The notes under the pieces: model-generated
Database searches by the model: none
Told to the model about the DNA's origin: nothing
What the model saw: the letters and a program-made list of their open reading frames with translations, nothing else
Translations under genes and position numbers: made by a program
Assembly: GCA_029932855.1 (NCBI GenBank)
Contig: JAOZPG010000014.1
Location: forward strand, 477 to 64,476
DNA: 64,000 bases
From: Bacteroidales bacterium
GTDB lineage: Bacteria > Bacteroidota > Bacteroidia > Bacteroidales > VadinHA17
Direction of reading: 5' to 3'
Shown: positions 54,398 through 64,000 of the stretch, in pieces
How positions within the stretch are numbered: the stretch's first letter is position 1
Layout of the letters: the number at the start of each line of letters is the position of its first letter

Positions 54398-54979
54398 TTA
54401 AGTCTTTGAAGCAAACAAGACCTTATTGTTAGGTAGCTTTGTCTTGTAGCCAACTTCATACTTACCTTTAGATATAGCCTGAAGCTTTCCTTTTAGAAAT
54501 CTTTTCCTCAGGGGCGCCACCCTGTCGGTAAAAAGTATCCCTTCAGTATGATCATATTCATGCTGTATTATTGTAGCAGCAATACCTCTGAAAACTTCAT
54601 CATGCAATCCCCAGTCAGCATCGTAATAGCGGATACGGATCTCAGATTCTCTCTCTACCTCCTCACGGATATTAGGAATACTCAGGCAGCCTTCTTCATA
54701 GCCAATTTTCTCCCCGGTCCTTTCAAGGATATGTGCATTTATAAACACCTTTTTAAAATCCTTAAGGCTTTCATCATCATCCTCAAGTGGTGTGGCATCA
54801 ATTACAAAAAGCCTTATATCTCTTCCAACCTGCGGTGAAGCAAGTCCCACCCCATCGGAGTCATACATGGTCTCCCACATATTCTCAATATATTCCTCAA
54901 GGCCTTTATAATCTTTATCTATATCTTTTGCCCGCTTTCTCAGTACGGGATGTCCGTACACAACAATTGGAAATACCAT
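54398..54979 (-). CDS. def: peptide deformylase
   Basis: 193 aa. Motifs: GVGLASPQVG, EGCLSIP, QHEYDHTEG. Confidence 0.95.
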   Translation of the reverse strand: MVFPIVVYGHPVLRKRAKDIDKDYKGLEEYIENMWETMYDSDGVGLASPQVGRDIRLFVIDATPLEDDDESLKDFKKVFINAHILERTGEKIGYEEGCLSIPNIREEVERESEIRIRYYDADWGLHDEVFRGIAATIIQHEYDHTEGILFTDRVAPLRKRFLKGKLQAISKGKYEVGYKTKLPNNKVLFASKT

Positions 54980-55043
54980 TTCTCTTATTCATGTTATTAA
55001 AAGTATCCTGTTGCAGGAAACTTTTATTTTTATAAACTTGTTT

Positions 55044-55481
55044 TTATCTCTTGTTTTCTAAATACTCTAAATACGACTGCAGTATAATAACCGCACTTAT
55101 CTTATCAACCATTGCTTTATTCCTTCTGTCCATCTTTTTCATTCCTCCTGCTATCATGGCATCCATGGCCATTTTTGATGTAAAACGCTCATCAAAAGTC
55201 TCAAGCTGAACAGCAGGATACCTGGATCTCATCTTTTTCAGGAAAGGATCAATATATTCAACGGCCTGCGAAGGCTTATTGTTAGCCTGCCTGGGATATC
55301 CCACCACAACCACCGACACATATTCCCTGTTAAAATACTCATCCAGGAACTGCCATATCCCGGCTGTAGATACAGTATCAAGCCCATTGGCAATTATCCT
55401 TTCAGTATCCGTAACTGCCAGGCCCGTTCTCTTCCTCCCATAATCTATTGCCAGTATCCGGCCTTTATTTCTATTATTCAT
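55044..55481 (-). CDS. ruvX: Holliday-junction-resolvase-like nuclease RuvX/YqgF
   Basis: 145 aa. Motifs: ILAIDYGRKRTGLAVTD, VVVGYPR, DERFTS. Confidence 0.9.
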   Translation of the reverse strand: MNNRNKGRILAIDYGRKRTGLAVTDTERIIANGLDTVSTAGIWQFLDEYFNREYVSVVVVGYPRQANNKPSQAVEYIDPFLKKMRSRYPAVQLETFDERFTSKMAMDAMIAGGMKKMDRRNKAMVDKISAVIILQSYLEYLENKR

Positions 55482-55540
55482 GCTTCAGACTACAAATTTA
55501 CATTAATTCTAAATAAATAGCGACTTTTTATAGCAGCATA

Positions 55541-55578
55541 CAAAAGTAAAAGGGTGTCTGCCTTATACAAACACCCTT
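55541..55578 (-). terminator. rho-independent terminator after nifJ
   Basis: On the minus strand: AAGGGTGT, a 13-nt loop, ACACCCTT, then TTTACTTTTG. It lies 22 nt after the PFOR stop. Confidence 0.65.
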
Positions 55579-55599
55579 CACACTATCTATTTAGCTTTC

Positions 55600-58500
55600 C
55601 TACTCCGTATCAGAATAATCCATATTAGCAAGTCTCTGGTAGAAGTTATGCCTCCACTTGGCATTTTTCTCAGACTCCTTAAACAAAATATCAGCCTCTG
55701 CCGGAAATGTTTTCCTGAGTGATGTAAACCTTACCTCTGAGTTCAGGAATTCCTGGAACTTACTCCATTCCGGAGCTTTTGAGTCATAAATAAACGGATT
55801 CTTACCCTCTTCCTCAAGTACCGGGTTATACCTGTACATATGCCAGAAGCCACTTTCAACGGCAAACTTCTCCTGGGCCATTGTCTGTGACATTCCCTTC
55901 TTCAGTCCATGAGCAATACATGGTGAATATGCAATGATCAGTGATGGTCCCGGATATGCCTCAGCTTCCTTCATGGCTTTGAAGAACTGGCTCTGGCTGG
56001 CTCCCATAGCCACTTGTGCAACATATACATAGCCATAGGTCATTGCCATGGCACCAAGATCTTTCTTTCTTATCTTCTTTCCTGAAGCAGCAAACTTAGC
56101 AACAGCACCCGTTGGGGTTGACTTGGATGACTGTCCGCCGGTATTTGAATAAACCTCAGTATCCAATACAAGTATATTTACATCTTCACCTGAAGCCATC
56201 ACATGGTCAAGCCCGCCGTATCCGATATCATAAGCCCATCCGTCACCACCTATGACCCAGATAGACTTCTTAACAAGATACTGTTTCAGGTCAAGGATCT
56301 CTTTGGCAGCAGCATCCTTTTCCTTTTGCAATTCTTTAACAAGCTTTTCAGAAGAAACAACCGATTGTTCTGCATTATCCTTGCCGGCAAGCCATTCATT
56401 AGCTGCCTCAACTGTAGAAGCCGAGAAGTTCTTCATTGATCCATCAAGCAGAAATGTTATTCTTTCCCTCATTTTATTAATACCTGTGGCAATACCAAAG
56501 CCATACTCTGCATTATCCTCAAACAGTGAGTTGGCCCATGCAGGACCTTCCCCCTTATCATTGGTACAGTATGGAGTACTTGGGGCTGATCCGCCATAGA
56601 TAGATGAACATCCTGTAGCATTGGCAATGATCATCCTGTCACCAAACAGCTGTGTAATATTCTTAATATATGGAGTTTCACCGCAACCGGCACAAGCTCC
56701 TGAGAACTCGAATAATGGCTGGGCAAACTGGCTGTTCTTAACTGTCTTGTCCTTTGGAACAACATCATCCTTGTATCCAACCTCTTCATGCAGGTAATTC
56801 CACCTGTCCACCTCATCAAGCATTTCTCCCAGGGGCTTCATCACAAGTGAGTTCTCCTTGCTCGGACAGGTTTCAACACAAACACCGCAGCCCGTACAAT
56901 CAAGCACACTTACCTGTATCCTGTATTCATATTCCTTAATCTGTGCAGCTCCCTTTATGGTAACCAATCCATCAGGTGCATCTTGCTTTTCTTTTTCTGT
57001 AAGAAGGAATGGCCTTATAGCAGCATGGGGACAAACATATGCACACTGGTTACACTGAATACAGTTCTCAGACAACCACTCAGGCACCTCTACAGCAATT
57101 CCCCTCTTTTCGTAAGCTGTTGTTCCCTGTGGGAAGGTACCATCTTCGCGTCCAACAAAAGAGCTTACCGGAAGGCCGTCTCCTTTCAGAGCATTGATAG
57201 GATTAACTATGTTCTTTATAAAATCAGGGATATTGCTGCTTTCCTTTTCCTCAGCCACCTTAATATCTTTCCATGCCGGATCGACCTTTATCTGTTCAAC
57301 CTCACCACCCTGGTCAACAGCGGCATAGTTCATATTAACTATATTCTCACCCTTCTTGCCATAACTCTTAACAATGGCAGCCTTCATCTCTTCAACAGCC
57401 TTTGCATAAGGAATAACTTCCGACACCTTAAAGAAGGCTGACTGCATAATGGTATTGGTACGTGAACCAAGACCAATTTTCTGTGCGATCTTTGTAGCAT
57501 TTATAATATAGAAGCTGATATCATTCTCAGCCAGATACTTCTTCATCCTGTCCGGCAACTTAGTTACAGTCAGTTCTGCATCCCATATTGAGTTCAACAA
57601 AAAGGTACCACCCTTTTTCAGTCCCTCGAACATATCATACTTATAGAGATATGATGAAACGTGACAGGCAACAAAATCAGGATTATTTACCAGGTATGTT
57701 GACCTGATAGGATTATCTCCAAAACGAAGATGTGATGTTGTAATACCACCCGATTTCTTTGAATCATATGAAAAATATGCCTGGCAGTATTTATCTGTTG
57801 AACCACCTATGATCTTTATAGAGTTCTTATTGGCACCTACTGTTCCGTCAGCACCAAGACCATAAAACTTGGCCTCATAAGTACCTTCTGAATCTACATC
57901 AGTAGATTCAGGAACAGGCAGTGACTGGAATGTAACATCATCAACTATACCAACGCTGAACTGGTTCCTTGGTTCATCAAGCTCAAGATTATCATAAACG
58001 GCAACCATCTGTGCCGGTGTAGTATCCTTAGAGCTGAGCCCGTACCTCCCCCCAACAATCAAAGGTCTGTCATCTCCTTCATAATACAGGTTCCTTACGT
58101 CAAGATAAAGAGGCTCTCCCATTGCACCGGGTTCCTTTGTACGATCGAGAACAGCGATCTTCTTAACACTCTTCGGCATTGCCCTGAAAAAATACTTATC
58201 TGAGAAAGGCCTGTAAAGGTGAACTATCAGTAAACCTACTTTCTCACCCTTCTTCACCTTACAATCAATCACTTCCTGTATGGTCTCTGTAACAGAGCCC
58301 ATGGCAATAATAATATTTTCAGCATCGGGAGCACCATAATACTGGAAAGGATGATATTCCCTGCCGGTAAGTTTGGTTATTTCCTGCATATATTCTTCAA
58401 CAACATCTGCAACAGGCTCAAAAAACTTATTGGCAGCCTCTTTTGCCTGGAAATAAATATCAGGATTCTGTGCTGTACCCCTGGTTACGGGATGCTCCGG

Positions 58501-59133
58501 ATTAAGAGCCCTGTCCCTGAACTCCTTCAGTGCTTTCCAGTCGATAAGTTTTTTAAAATCATCTTCCTTAAGGGCTTCCACTTTTTGAATCTCATGTGAG
58601 GATCTGAAGCCGTCAAAGAAATGCATAAAAGGAATCCTTGTCTTGATGGCTGCAAGGTGGGCAATACCTGCAAGATCCATAACCTCCTGTATGCTGCCTG
58701 TAGCAAGCATTCCAAATCCTGTCTGACGTGTAGCGTAAATATCACTATGATCTCCAAAGATTGAAAGAGCATGTGCTGCTACCGACCTTGCACTAACGTG
58801 AAATACAGCCGGCAATAACTCACCCACCATTTTGTACATATTAGGGATCATAAGTAACAATCCCTGTGATGCAGTATAGGTTGAAGTAAGAGCCCCTGCC
58901 TGCAGGGATCCGTGAACAGCCCCTGAGGCGCCTGCCTCTGATTGCATCTCAGCCACTTCAACTTCCTGTCCGAAAATATTTTTCCTTCCGTTAGCAGCCC
59001 ATTCATCAATATTCTCTGCCATGTTTGATGATGGGGTAATAGGGTAAATACATGCCACCTCACTAAACATATAAGCTATGTGTGATGCAGCATAGTTCCC
59101 GTCACAAGTAATAAAATTCTTCTTTTTTGCCAT
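55600..59133 (-). CDS. nifJ: pyruvate:ferredoxin (flavodoxin) oxidoreductase
   Basis: 1177 aa. Two ferredoxin-type clusters (CIQCNQCAYVCPHAAIRP, CTGCGVCVETCP) and the TPP-binding motif GGDGWAYDIGYGGLDH. Confidence 0.95.
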   Translation of the reverse strand: MAKKKNFITCDGNYAASHIAYMFSEVACIYPITPSSNMAENIDEWAANGRKNIFGQEVEVAEMQSEAGASGAVHGSLQAGALTSTYTASQGLLLMIPNMYKMVGELLPAVFHVSARSVAAHALSIFGDHSDIYATRQTGFGMLATGSIQEVMDLAGIAHLAAIKTRIPFMHFFDGFRSSHEIQKVEALKEDDFKKLIDWKALKEFRDRALNPEHPVTRGTAQNPDIYFQAKEAANKFFEPVADVVEEYMQEITKLTGREYHPFQYYGAPDAENIIIAMGSVTETIQEVIDCKVKKGEKVGLLIVHLYRPFSDKYFFRAMPKSVKKIAVLDRTKEPGAMGEPLYLDVRNLYYEGDDRPLIVGGRYGLSSKDTTPAQMVAVYDNLELDEPRNQFSVGIVDDVTFQSLPVPESTDVDSEGTYEAKFYGLGADGTVGANKNSIKIIGGSTDKYCQAYFSYDSKKSGGITTSHLRFGDNPIRSTYLVNNPDFVACHVSSYLYKYDMFEGLKKGGTFLLNSIWDAELTVTKLPDRMKKYLAENDISFYIINATKIAQKIGLGSRTNTIMQSAFFKVSEVIPYAKAVEEMKAAIVKSYGKKGENIVNMNYAAVDQGGEVEQIKVDPAWKDIKVAEEKESSNIPDFIKNIVNPINALKGDGLPVSSFVGREDGTFPQGTTAYEKRGIAVEVPEWLSENCIQCNQCAYVCPHAAIRPFLLTEKEKQDAPDGLVTIKGAAQIKEYEYRIQVSVLDCTGCGVCVETCPSKENSLVMKPLGEMLDEVDRWNYLHEEVGYKDDVVPKDKTVKNSQFAQPLFEFSGACAGCGETPYIKNITQLFGDRMIIANATGCSSIYGGSAPSTPYCTNDKGEGPAWANSLFEDNAEYGFGIATGINKMRERITFLLDGSMKNFSASTVEAANEWLAGKDNAEQSVVSSEKLVKELQKEKDAAAKEILDLKQYLVKKSIWVIGGDGWAYDIGYGGLDHVMASGEDVNILVLDTEVYSNTGGQSSKSTPTGAVAKFAASGKKIRKKDLGAMAMTYGYVYVAQVAMGASQSQFFKAMKEAEAYPGPSLIIAYSPCIAHGLKKGMSQTMAQEKFAVESGFWHMYRYNPVLEEEGKNPFIYDSKAPEWSKFQEFLNSEVRFTSLRKTFPAEADILFKESEKNAKWRHNFYQRLANMDYSDTE

Positions 59134-59190
59134 CTTAATATTCTATGTTTTTAATTTTTAAAAATAATCCCTGATACTCTTTTGGTGTCA

Positions 59191-59198
59191 CAAAATTA
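59191..59198 (-). promoter_or_regulatory. Bacteroidota -7 box (TAATTTTG on the minus strand) for nifJ
   Basis: Exact TAnnTTTG match, 58 nt upstream of ATG 59133. Confidence 0.45.
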
Positions 59199-59244
59199 AT
59201 TTTTTCACTCCACCTTTTTTATGAAAAATGTCAGCAAAAACAGG

Positions 59245-60960
59245 CTACTGACTATTCATTGAAATAAGAAACTCTTCGTTCGATTTGGTCTTCATCAGCC
59301 TGTCCTTAATAAACTCCATTGCTTCAACCGAGTTCATATCCGACAGGTAATTCCTGAGTATCCATATCTTGTTAAGAGTTTCCTTATCCATCAAAAGATC
59401 TTCCCGGCGTGTTCCCGACATATTTATATCAACAGAAGGATAAACTCTTTTATTGGAAAGCTTCCTGTCGAGCTGCAACTCCATGTTACCTGTACCCTTA
59501 AACTCTTCAAAAATCACATCATCCATCTTTGAACCGGTATCGGTAAGAGCCGTGGCAAGTATGGTCAGTGAACCACCTTCCTCAATGTTCCTGGCAGCCC
59601 CGAAAAACCTCTTTGGCTTATGCAGGGCATTTGAATCAACACCTCCGGACAATACCTTGCCCGAAGCAGGTGCAGTAGTGTTAAAAGCCCGTGCCAGCCT
59701 GGTTATTGAATCAAGGAGGATCACTACATCGTGTCCGCATTCAACCAGTCTCTTTGATTTCTCGAGGACTATATTGGCTACACGAACATGACGCTCGGCA
59801 GGCTCATCAAATGTTGAAGCAATAACCTCGGCATTTACGTTCCTGGCCATTTCCGTTACCTCCTCGGGACGTTCATCAATAAGCAGAACTATCAGGTAAA
59901 CCTCAGGCTGAAATTTTGCAATAGCATTGGCCACATCCTGCAGGAGTACAGTCTTACCTGTTTTAGGCTGGGCAACTATCAATCCTCTTTGTCCCTTACC
60001 TATCGGGGCAAACAAGTCAAGTACCCTTACGGAAAGGTTTGAATGAGTCTCATCAAAGACTTTAAATTTCTCATCCGGGAACAAGGGAGTAAGGTAATCA
60101 AACTGCACACGGTCACGGATATAATCGGGACTGCGTCCGTTTATGCTGTTAATCTTGATAAGCGGAAAATATTTTTCTCCATCCTTAGGAGGCCTTATGG
60201 TTCCTTCCACCATATCACCTGTTTTCAGTCCGAATAGCTTTATCTGCGACTGGGAAACATAAATATCATCCGGCGAATTAAGGTAGTTGTAGTCGGCAGA
60301 TCTTAAGAAGCCATAACCGTCAGGCATAATCTCCAGGACACCTGAATTACTAATTACTCCTTCAAATTCATACCTGTCTGGCTCCTTCTCCTTGTCCTTG
60401 TCCTTGTTCCTGTAATGATCCCTGCCCTTATAAGAATGTGTGCTTTCTCCGTGATTGTGTTCATTACTTTTCCTGGGATAATGATCTTTGCCCCTGCCGG
60501 TTTCATAACGGGGCTTCTCATGATCACGTCCTGTCTTTTCAGCTTCATGAACAGTCTTTTCAGCTTTACGATCCTCCTTTTCAGGTTTTTGTACTGCCTT
60601 CTCTGGCTTGCGCGCAGACTCATCAAAGCCAATGCTTTTTTGTGCTTCAGGCCGGGCAACTACTCTCCTTTTGGTTCTTTCGCCAGGTTTTTTTTCTGTT
60701 TCAGTTTTCTTTTCGCTGCTCTTCACAGCTTCAGGCTTCCTGGGAGCACGAGGCTTCCTGGATCTTTTATCGATCTCTCTTTTATCCTGATTCTTCCTGT
60801 CGGAAGCAGTTTTCTCAGAGGACAGGATAGCCTGCTGGTCAAGGATCTTGTAAACCAGATCCTGCTTTTTAAGTGACTCAACTCTTTTGATTTTTAATTC
60901 TTTAGCTATCTCACGCAAATCGGTAAGCAGCTTCTTGTTGAGTTCCAAAATGTCATACAT
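59245..60960 (-). CDS. rho: transcription termination factor Rho with a ~150-aa charged low-complexity N-terminal insertion
   Basis: 571 aa. Rho_N ([24 protein letters not shown]), a K/E/R/H-rich insert, a CSD-like RNA-binding domain ([15 protein letters not shown]), Walker A ([12 protein letters not shown]) and LIDERPEEV. Confidence 0.95.
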   Translation of the reverse strand: MYDILELNKKLLTDLREIAKELKIKRVESLKKQDLVYKILDQQAILSSEKTASDRKNQDKREIDKRSRKPRAPRKPEAVKSSEKKTETEKKPGERTKRRVVARPEAQKSIGFDESARKPEKAVQKPEKEDRKAEKTVHEAEKTGRDHEKPRYETGRGKDHYPRKSNEHNHGESTHSYKGRDHYRNKDKDKEKEPDRYEFEGVISNSGVLEIMPDGYGFLRSADYNYLNSPDDIYVSQSQIKLFGLKTGDMVEGTIRPPKDGEKYFPLIKINSINGRSPDYIRDRVQFDYLTPLFPDEKFKVFDETHSNLSVRVLDLFAPIGKGQRGLIVAQPKTGKTVLLQDVANAIAKFQPEVYLIVLLIDERPEEVTEMARNVNAEVIASTFDEPAERHVRVANIVLEKSKRLVECGHDVVILLDSITRLARAFNTTAPASGKVLSGGVDSNALHKPKRFFGAARNIEEGGSLTILATALTDTGSKMDDVIFEEFKGTGNMELQLDRKLSNKRVYPSVDINMSGTRREDLLMDKETLNKIWILRNYLSDMNSVEAMEFIKDRLMKTKSNEEFLISMNSQ

Positions 60961-61356
60961 ATGTTAAAATAAAATATTGAAAAATAATTTAGTTGCGGGT
61001 ATACATGAAGTACCTTGTTTAATTATCGATGTACATAAAGTACTTATAATTAGTTGAACTTTTATACTTATGGCCTGTTTGCAGGCTTGAACTAATTGAT
61101 TAATAAAGGAATGGAATATAGAATAATCCGGAAATTCATTGCAAGTATAAGTATTAATACAGAATTTTAAAAATAAAAATATCTTTTTCTGCAAAAAAAC
61201 AACTTATATGCAAATATCCGGCCATTTAAAGCTTACGACTTAGGCCTGGAATATATCTCCACAAATTTGCAATTCTTTCATTTATAAATAATTATGTAAC
61301 TTTAATAGCTATTTCCCGTATATGTTTAAAATATAGCCTTTTAGAAATTCATTGGC

Positions 61357-62220
61357 ATGAGGCAGCTTAAGATCATAAAGCAGATAACCAACAGGGAAAC
61401 ACCCTCCCTGGATAAGTATTTGCAAGAGATCGGGAAGGTCCCCCTGCTGTCACCCGAAGAAGAAGCAGAGCTTGCAAGGAAGGCAAAAACGGGAGATGAA
61501 ATAGCACTGCAAAAACTTATCAAGGCCAACCTCAGGTTTGTTGTTTCAGTATCAAAACAATACCAGAACCAGGGCCTAAGCCTGCCCGATCTGATCAATG
61601 AAGGAAACCTGGGACTAATAAAAGCAGCCAAACGCTTTGATGAAACACGTGGATTTAAGTTCATATCATATGCGGTATGGTGGATATTACAATCAATACT
61701 CCAGGCCCTGGCTGAACAGGCCCGCATAGTTCGCCTGCCACTTAACAAGATAGGTTCGATAAATAAAATAAACAAGATATTTAGCGAGCTGGAGCAAAAG
61801 TATGAGAGAGAACCCACCATACAGGAGATCTCGGAATCCCTCGACATAGCACCTAAAAACATTAAGGAAGCCATTAAAAATACCGGACGTCATATTTCAA
61901 TGGATGCTCCTATAGCAAATTCAGAGGAAGAGACAAACCTTTATGATGTGCTGCTGAGCGCAAACTCTCCCAGTCCTGACGCTGAACTGATAAAAGACTC
62001 ACTGCGCAGGGAGATAGAACGTATTCTGAACATCCTGACCGCACGTGAAGCCGATGTGCTGAGGCTTTATTTCGGACTGAAAGGATACCACCAGCACACA
62101 CTGGATGAGATAGGCGAAGTATTCTTCCTCAGCCGCGAGCGGGTGCGCCAGATTAAGGAAAAGGCCATTCGCCGTCTTAAGAACAATACCCGCTGCAGGA
62201 TACTGAAGTCCTACTTATAA
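61357..62220 (+). CDS. rpoD: primary RNA polymerase sigma factor (Bacteroidota sigma-A type, no region 1.1)
   Basis: 287 aa. Motifs: [65 protein letters not shown]. Confidence 0.93.
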   Translation: MRQLKIIKQITNRETPSLDKYLQEIGKVPLLSPEEEAELARKAKTGDEIALQKLIKANLRFVVSVSKQYQNQGLSLPDLINEGNLGLIKAAKRFDETRGFKFISYAVWWILQSILQALAEQARIVRLPLNKIGSINKINKIFSELEQKYEREPTIQEISESLDIAPKNIKEAIKNTGRHISMDAPIANSEEETNLYDVLLSANSPSPDAELIKDSLRREIERILNILTAREADVLRLYFGLKGYHQHTLDEIGEVFFLSRERVRQIKEKAIRRLKNNTRCRILKSYL

Positions 62221-62316
62221 AAAAGTACTTTTCTTCTGCATATAAGACATCTTTTTTCAAGCAAAGCTCTTTGCTTATTGTATATTGCTTTTTTATCTTT
62301 ATGAAAATTTATTCCC

Positions 62317-62970
62317 ATGCAACACCTTGTCGCTCCCTCAATCTTATCAGCCGATTTTGCCAATCTGTCAAAAGACATTGAAATGTTAAACAAGAGCGAG
62401 GCCGACTGGCTTCACCTGGATATCATGGACGGGGTATTTGTTCCAAACATCTCATTCGGCATACCGGTAATAAAGGCCATTAAGGGAAAAAGCAAAAAGC
62501 CACTCGACGTACACCTGATGATAGTAGAGCCAAACAGGTATATAGAAGATTTTAAAAATGCAGGAGCAGATATACTTAGCGTGCATTATGAAGCCTGCAG
62601 GCATCTTCACCGGACAGTGCAATATATTAAGTCTCTTGGCATGAAAGCAGGAGTATCAATAAATCCTCACACACCTGTTCATTTACTTGAGGAAATACTT
62701 CCCTACCTCGACCTGGTAATGCTAATGTCTGTAAATCCCGGGTTCGGGGGACAAAAATTTATTGAAACAAGCTATGAGAAGATAAGCAAGCTGAATCAAA
62801 TGATTTTTTCTGCCGGCAGCGAAACACTTATTGAAGTAGATGGCGGTGTTTCCACTTCAAATGCCGCAGATCTTGTAAAATCAGGAGCCAATATTCTTGT
62901 GGCCGGTAACGCTGTCTTTAAATCAGACAATCCCACAGCTACTATCTCAAGACTGAAAAATTTAAGCTAA
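62317..62970 (+). CDS. rpe: ribulose-phosphate 3-epimerase
   Basis: 217 aa. Motifs: VAPSILSADFANL, HLDIMDGVFVPN, MSVNPGFGGQKF, VDGGV. Confidence 0.95.
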   Translation: MQHLVAPSILSADFANLSKDIEMLNKSEADWLHLDIMDGVFVPNISFGIPVIKAIKGKSKKPLDVHLMIVEPNRYIEDFKNAGADILSVHYEACRHLHRTVQYIKSLGMKAGVSINPHTPVHLLEEILPYLDLVMLMSVNPGFGGQKFIETSYEKISKLNQMIFSAGSETLIEVDGGVSTSNAADLVKSGANILVAGNAVFKSDNPTATISRLKNLS

Positions 62971-62995
62971 AGTCATCCCTGTCCCTGCCGGGCAT

Positions 62996-64000
62996 CTATT
63001 TTCCGTCAAGATAATCCTGTAAATAGCTGTATCCTTCTGTCAGCTTACCTCCTTCTGCAATACTTGCCCTCTTAATTATCCCGTCCATGTCCCCGCCAAA
63101 GAGAGAAGGGTAAACTTTGTCAAGCAGTAAGTTCCCAAAATCCTCCGAAGCATTCCTGGCCAGTTCCCCCGGCAGGTTATCAACAGCCATTACAGTAACA
63201 GCGCCCTGATCAAAAGCATCAGTCTCCCTGCCTGTTTTAGGATCATAACCATAAAAAGGGTCGGCTATCGTAGAGGCCCTCAGGGTTGAGGGAATAGGGT
63301 CCTTTATATCACAGCTTACATCGGCAATAACCTTAATGTTAAAATCTTCAGCAGCCATTTGTTCAGGGGTCATAAACACAGGCGAGTTAGGATCCCAGAA
63401 ATGACAGGCCACATACAGGTCTGTAACTTTTGTAAAGGGAAGGAAAGTAGATTCATACTCAGAAGGATTGGCAAAGAAATGACCGAGGTCAAAGCTGCTT
63501 CCGTCTTTTCTCTTTACATAGCTGTCCGGATCAATCCTGCAAACCACAGGCTCTTCAAACTCCTTTGTGAGAAAATCATCCGGCCCAACTTCTTTAAGCT
63601 TCAGCTCAGCCAGGGTCTCCATAGCTCCATAAGCCACCCGGCCCCCTCCTGTTATCAGTATTTTAATTGCCGGCAGTTGTAAGCCGGTCAGCTGAGCTTT
63701 CATCTCCTTCATATCATGGCACTCATGTGCAGGCTTCAGCTTAAAGCTCCCCTGCCTCCTTCCCCAGGCACGCAGACCATTATATGCACCAACAATACCT
63801 GCCCAGTGCCCAAAGGCAACGAGACGAACATTATTCTTATCTGTAAGGTACTCATGATCCACCAGCCTGATATTCTTTTTAATTATCTCCTGCAGCAGCT
63901 CACGGTTATAAGGCTGTTTCTTGGCAGTATGAGAAAAGAAAAGATAAGTCTTACCGGCTATCAGCTCAGGGATATCCACCTCTTTCACACCAAGCAGAAT
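62996..64000 (-). CDS. alanine dehydrogenase/PNT-family NAD(P) oxidoreductase, saccharopine dehydrogenase (lysine-ketoglutarate reductase)-like; N-terminus beyond the window
   Basis: The frame is open to the window edge (...ILLGVKEVDIPELIAGKTYLFFSHTAKKQPYNRELL...). Rossmann motif ILITGGGRVAYGA. The track's Met at 63988 is a GTG inside the conserved GVKE block, so the true start lies upstream. Confidence 0.65.
   Translation of the reverse strand: MLLGVKEVDIPELIAGKTYLFFSHTAKKQPYNRELLQEIIKKNIRLVDHEYLTDKNNVRLVAFGHWAGIVGAYNGLRAWGRRQGSFKLKPAHECHDMKEMKAQLTGLQLPAIKILITGGGRVAYGAMETLAELKLKEVGPDDFLTKEFEEPVVCRIDPDSYVKRKDGSSFDLGHFFANPSEYESTFLPFTKVTDLYVACHFWDPNSPVFMTPEQMAAEDFNIKVIADVSCDIKDPIPSTLRASTIADPFYGYDPKTGRETDAFDQGAVTVMAVDNLPGELARNASEDFGNLLLDKVYPSLFGGDMDGIIKRASIAEGGKLTEGYSYLQDYLDGK

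Noticed and set aside
60354-60876. Cluster of four overlapping ORFs (60-153 aa: three antisense, one same-strand out of frame) over the N-terminal part of rho
   Set aside because: They coincide exactly with the Lys/Glu/Arg-rich low-complexity insertion of Rho. Purine-rich codons leave alternative frames free of stops. The translations are Phe/Leu/Ser-rich nonsense with no motifs.
60964-61194. 76-aa ORF directly upstream of and co-directional with rho (possible leader peptide)
   Set aside because: It has a TTG start, no promoter or ribosome-binding context, and a Cys/Ile/Phe-rich translation from very AT-rich DNA. It is too long for a typical leader peptide and most likely a chance open frame in the rho-rpoD spacer.
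61341-61874. 177-aa ORF antisense to rpoD, and similar long shadow ORFs antisense to real genes (19874-20338 against the SDR, 50525-51013 against the M28 peptidase, 9853-10185 and 10207-10959 against pyk, 33946-34287 and 34429-34824 against aconitase, 46915-47328 against trkA, 16711-17571 against purL)
   Set aside because: Each lies entirely inside a gene whose sense frame has unambiguous family motifs. The translations are Ser/Leu/Ile-rich with no recognisable domains.
1-64000. Search by eye for tRNA, rRNA, tmRNA, RNase P RNA, known riboswitch cores (B12 box, glycine, TPP, SAM), CRISPR arrays, transposase or phage genes, and toxin-antitoxin or defence genes
   Set aside because: Only the SRP RNA was recognised. 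No GGTTCGAATCC-type T-arms, rRNA signatures or spaced repeat arrays were seen, and every large ORF has either a housekeeping or an envelope-type assignment. A covariance-model scan (Infernal/Rfam, tRNAscan-SE) would be needed to make this negative result firm.

Overview
AT-rich chromosomal segment with clear Bacteroidota hallmarks: TAnnTTTG -7 promoter boxes, almost no Shine-Dalgarno sites, a type-A T9SS C-terminal sorting domain, a lipoprotein TamA variant, a 287-aa RpoD, a Rho with a charged N-terminal insertion, and DUF4199. It holds about 50 densely packed protein genes on both strands plus one small SRP (4.5S) RNA. Most genes are core housekeeping. Central carbon metabolism: pyk, gap, aconitase, PFOR/nifJ, transaldolase-type aldolase, rpe. 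Transcription and translation: rpsU, hpf, rho, rpoD, def, miaA, tsaC, TrmH-family methyltransferase. Also purL, ubiE, ruvX, trkAH, and envelope biogenesis genes (TamL-like, PorT-like barrel, TonB-dependent receptor, glycosyltransferases). I found no rRNA, tRNA, CRISPR array, transposase, prophage or recognisable defence genes. The only recombinase is a XerC-type gene in the conserved rpsU-xerC-hpf context. I therefore do not see a self-evident new multi-gene system, and the findings are a list of smaller oddities. (1) A 1262-aa T9SS cargo has an extracellular-nuclease-like scaffold (two lamin-tail domains plus an OB-like module) but no catalytic domain. (2) A sulfotransferase-like ORF converges on a stand-alone APS kinase. 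(3) A BlaI / M56(BlaR1)-TonB_C module has a promoter embedded in three palindromic operator candidates. (4) An 83-bp GC-rich structured island is flanked by 13-bp direct repeats in the leader of an orphan SiaC/DUF1987 gene, with an alternative pairing that would mask its GTG start. (5) Two unrelated intergenic tandem arrays each have 30-bp units. (6) A Fur-box-like 18-bp palindrome lies upstream of the TonB-dependent receptor. (7) A GT-C-like membrane protein is fused to a CBM-like domain. (8) A 41-aa micro-lipoprotein sits upstream of a secreted beta-rich protein. (9) A strong SD upstream of hpf is the only one I saw in the window. All functional calls rest on motif recognition by eye and need HMM or BLAST confirmation.
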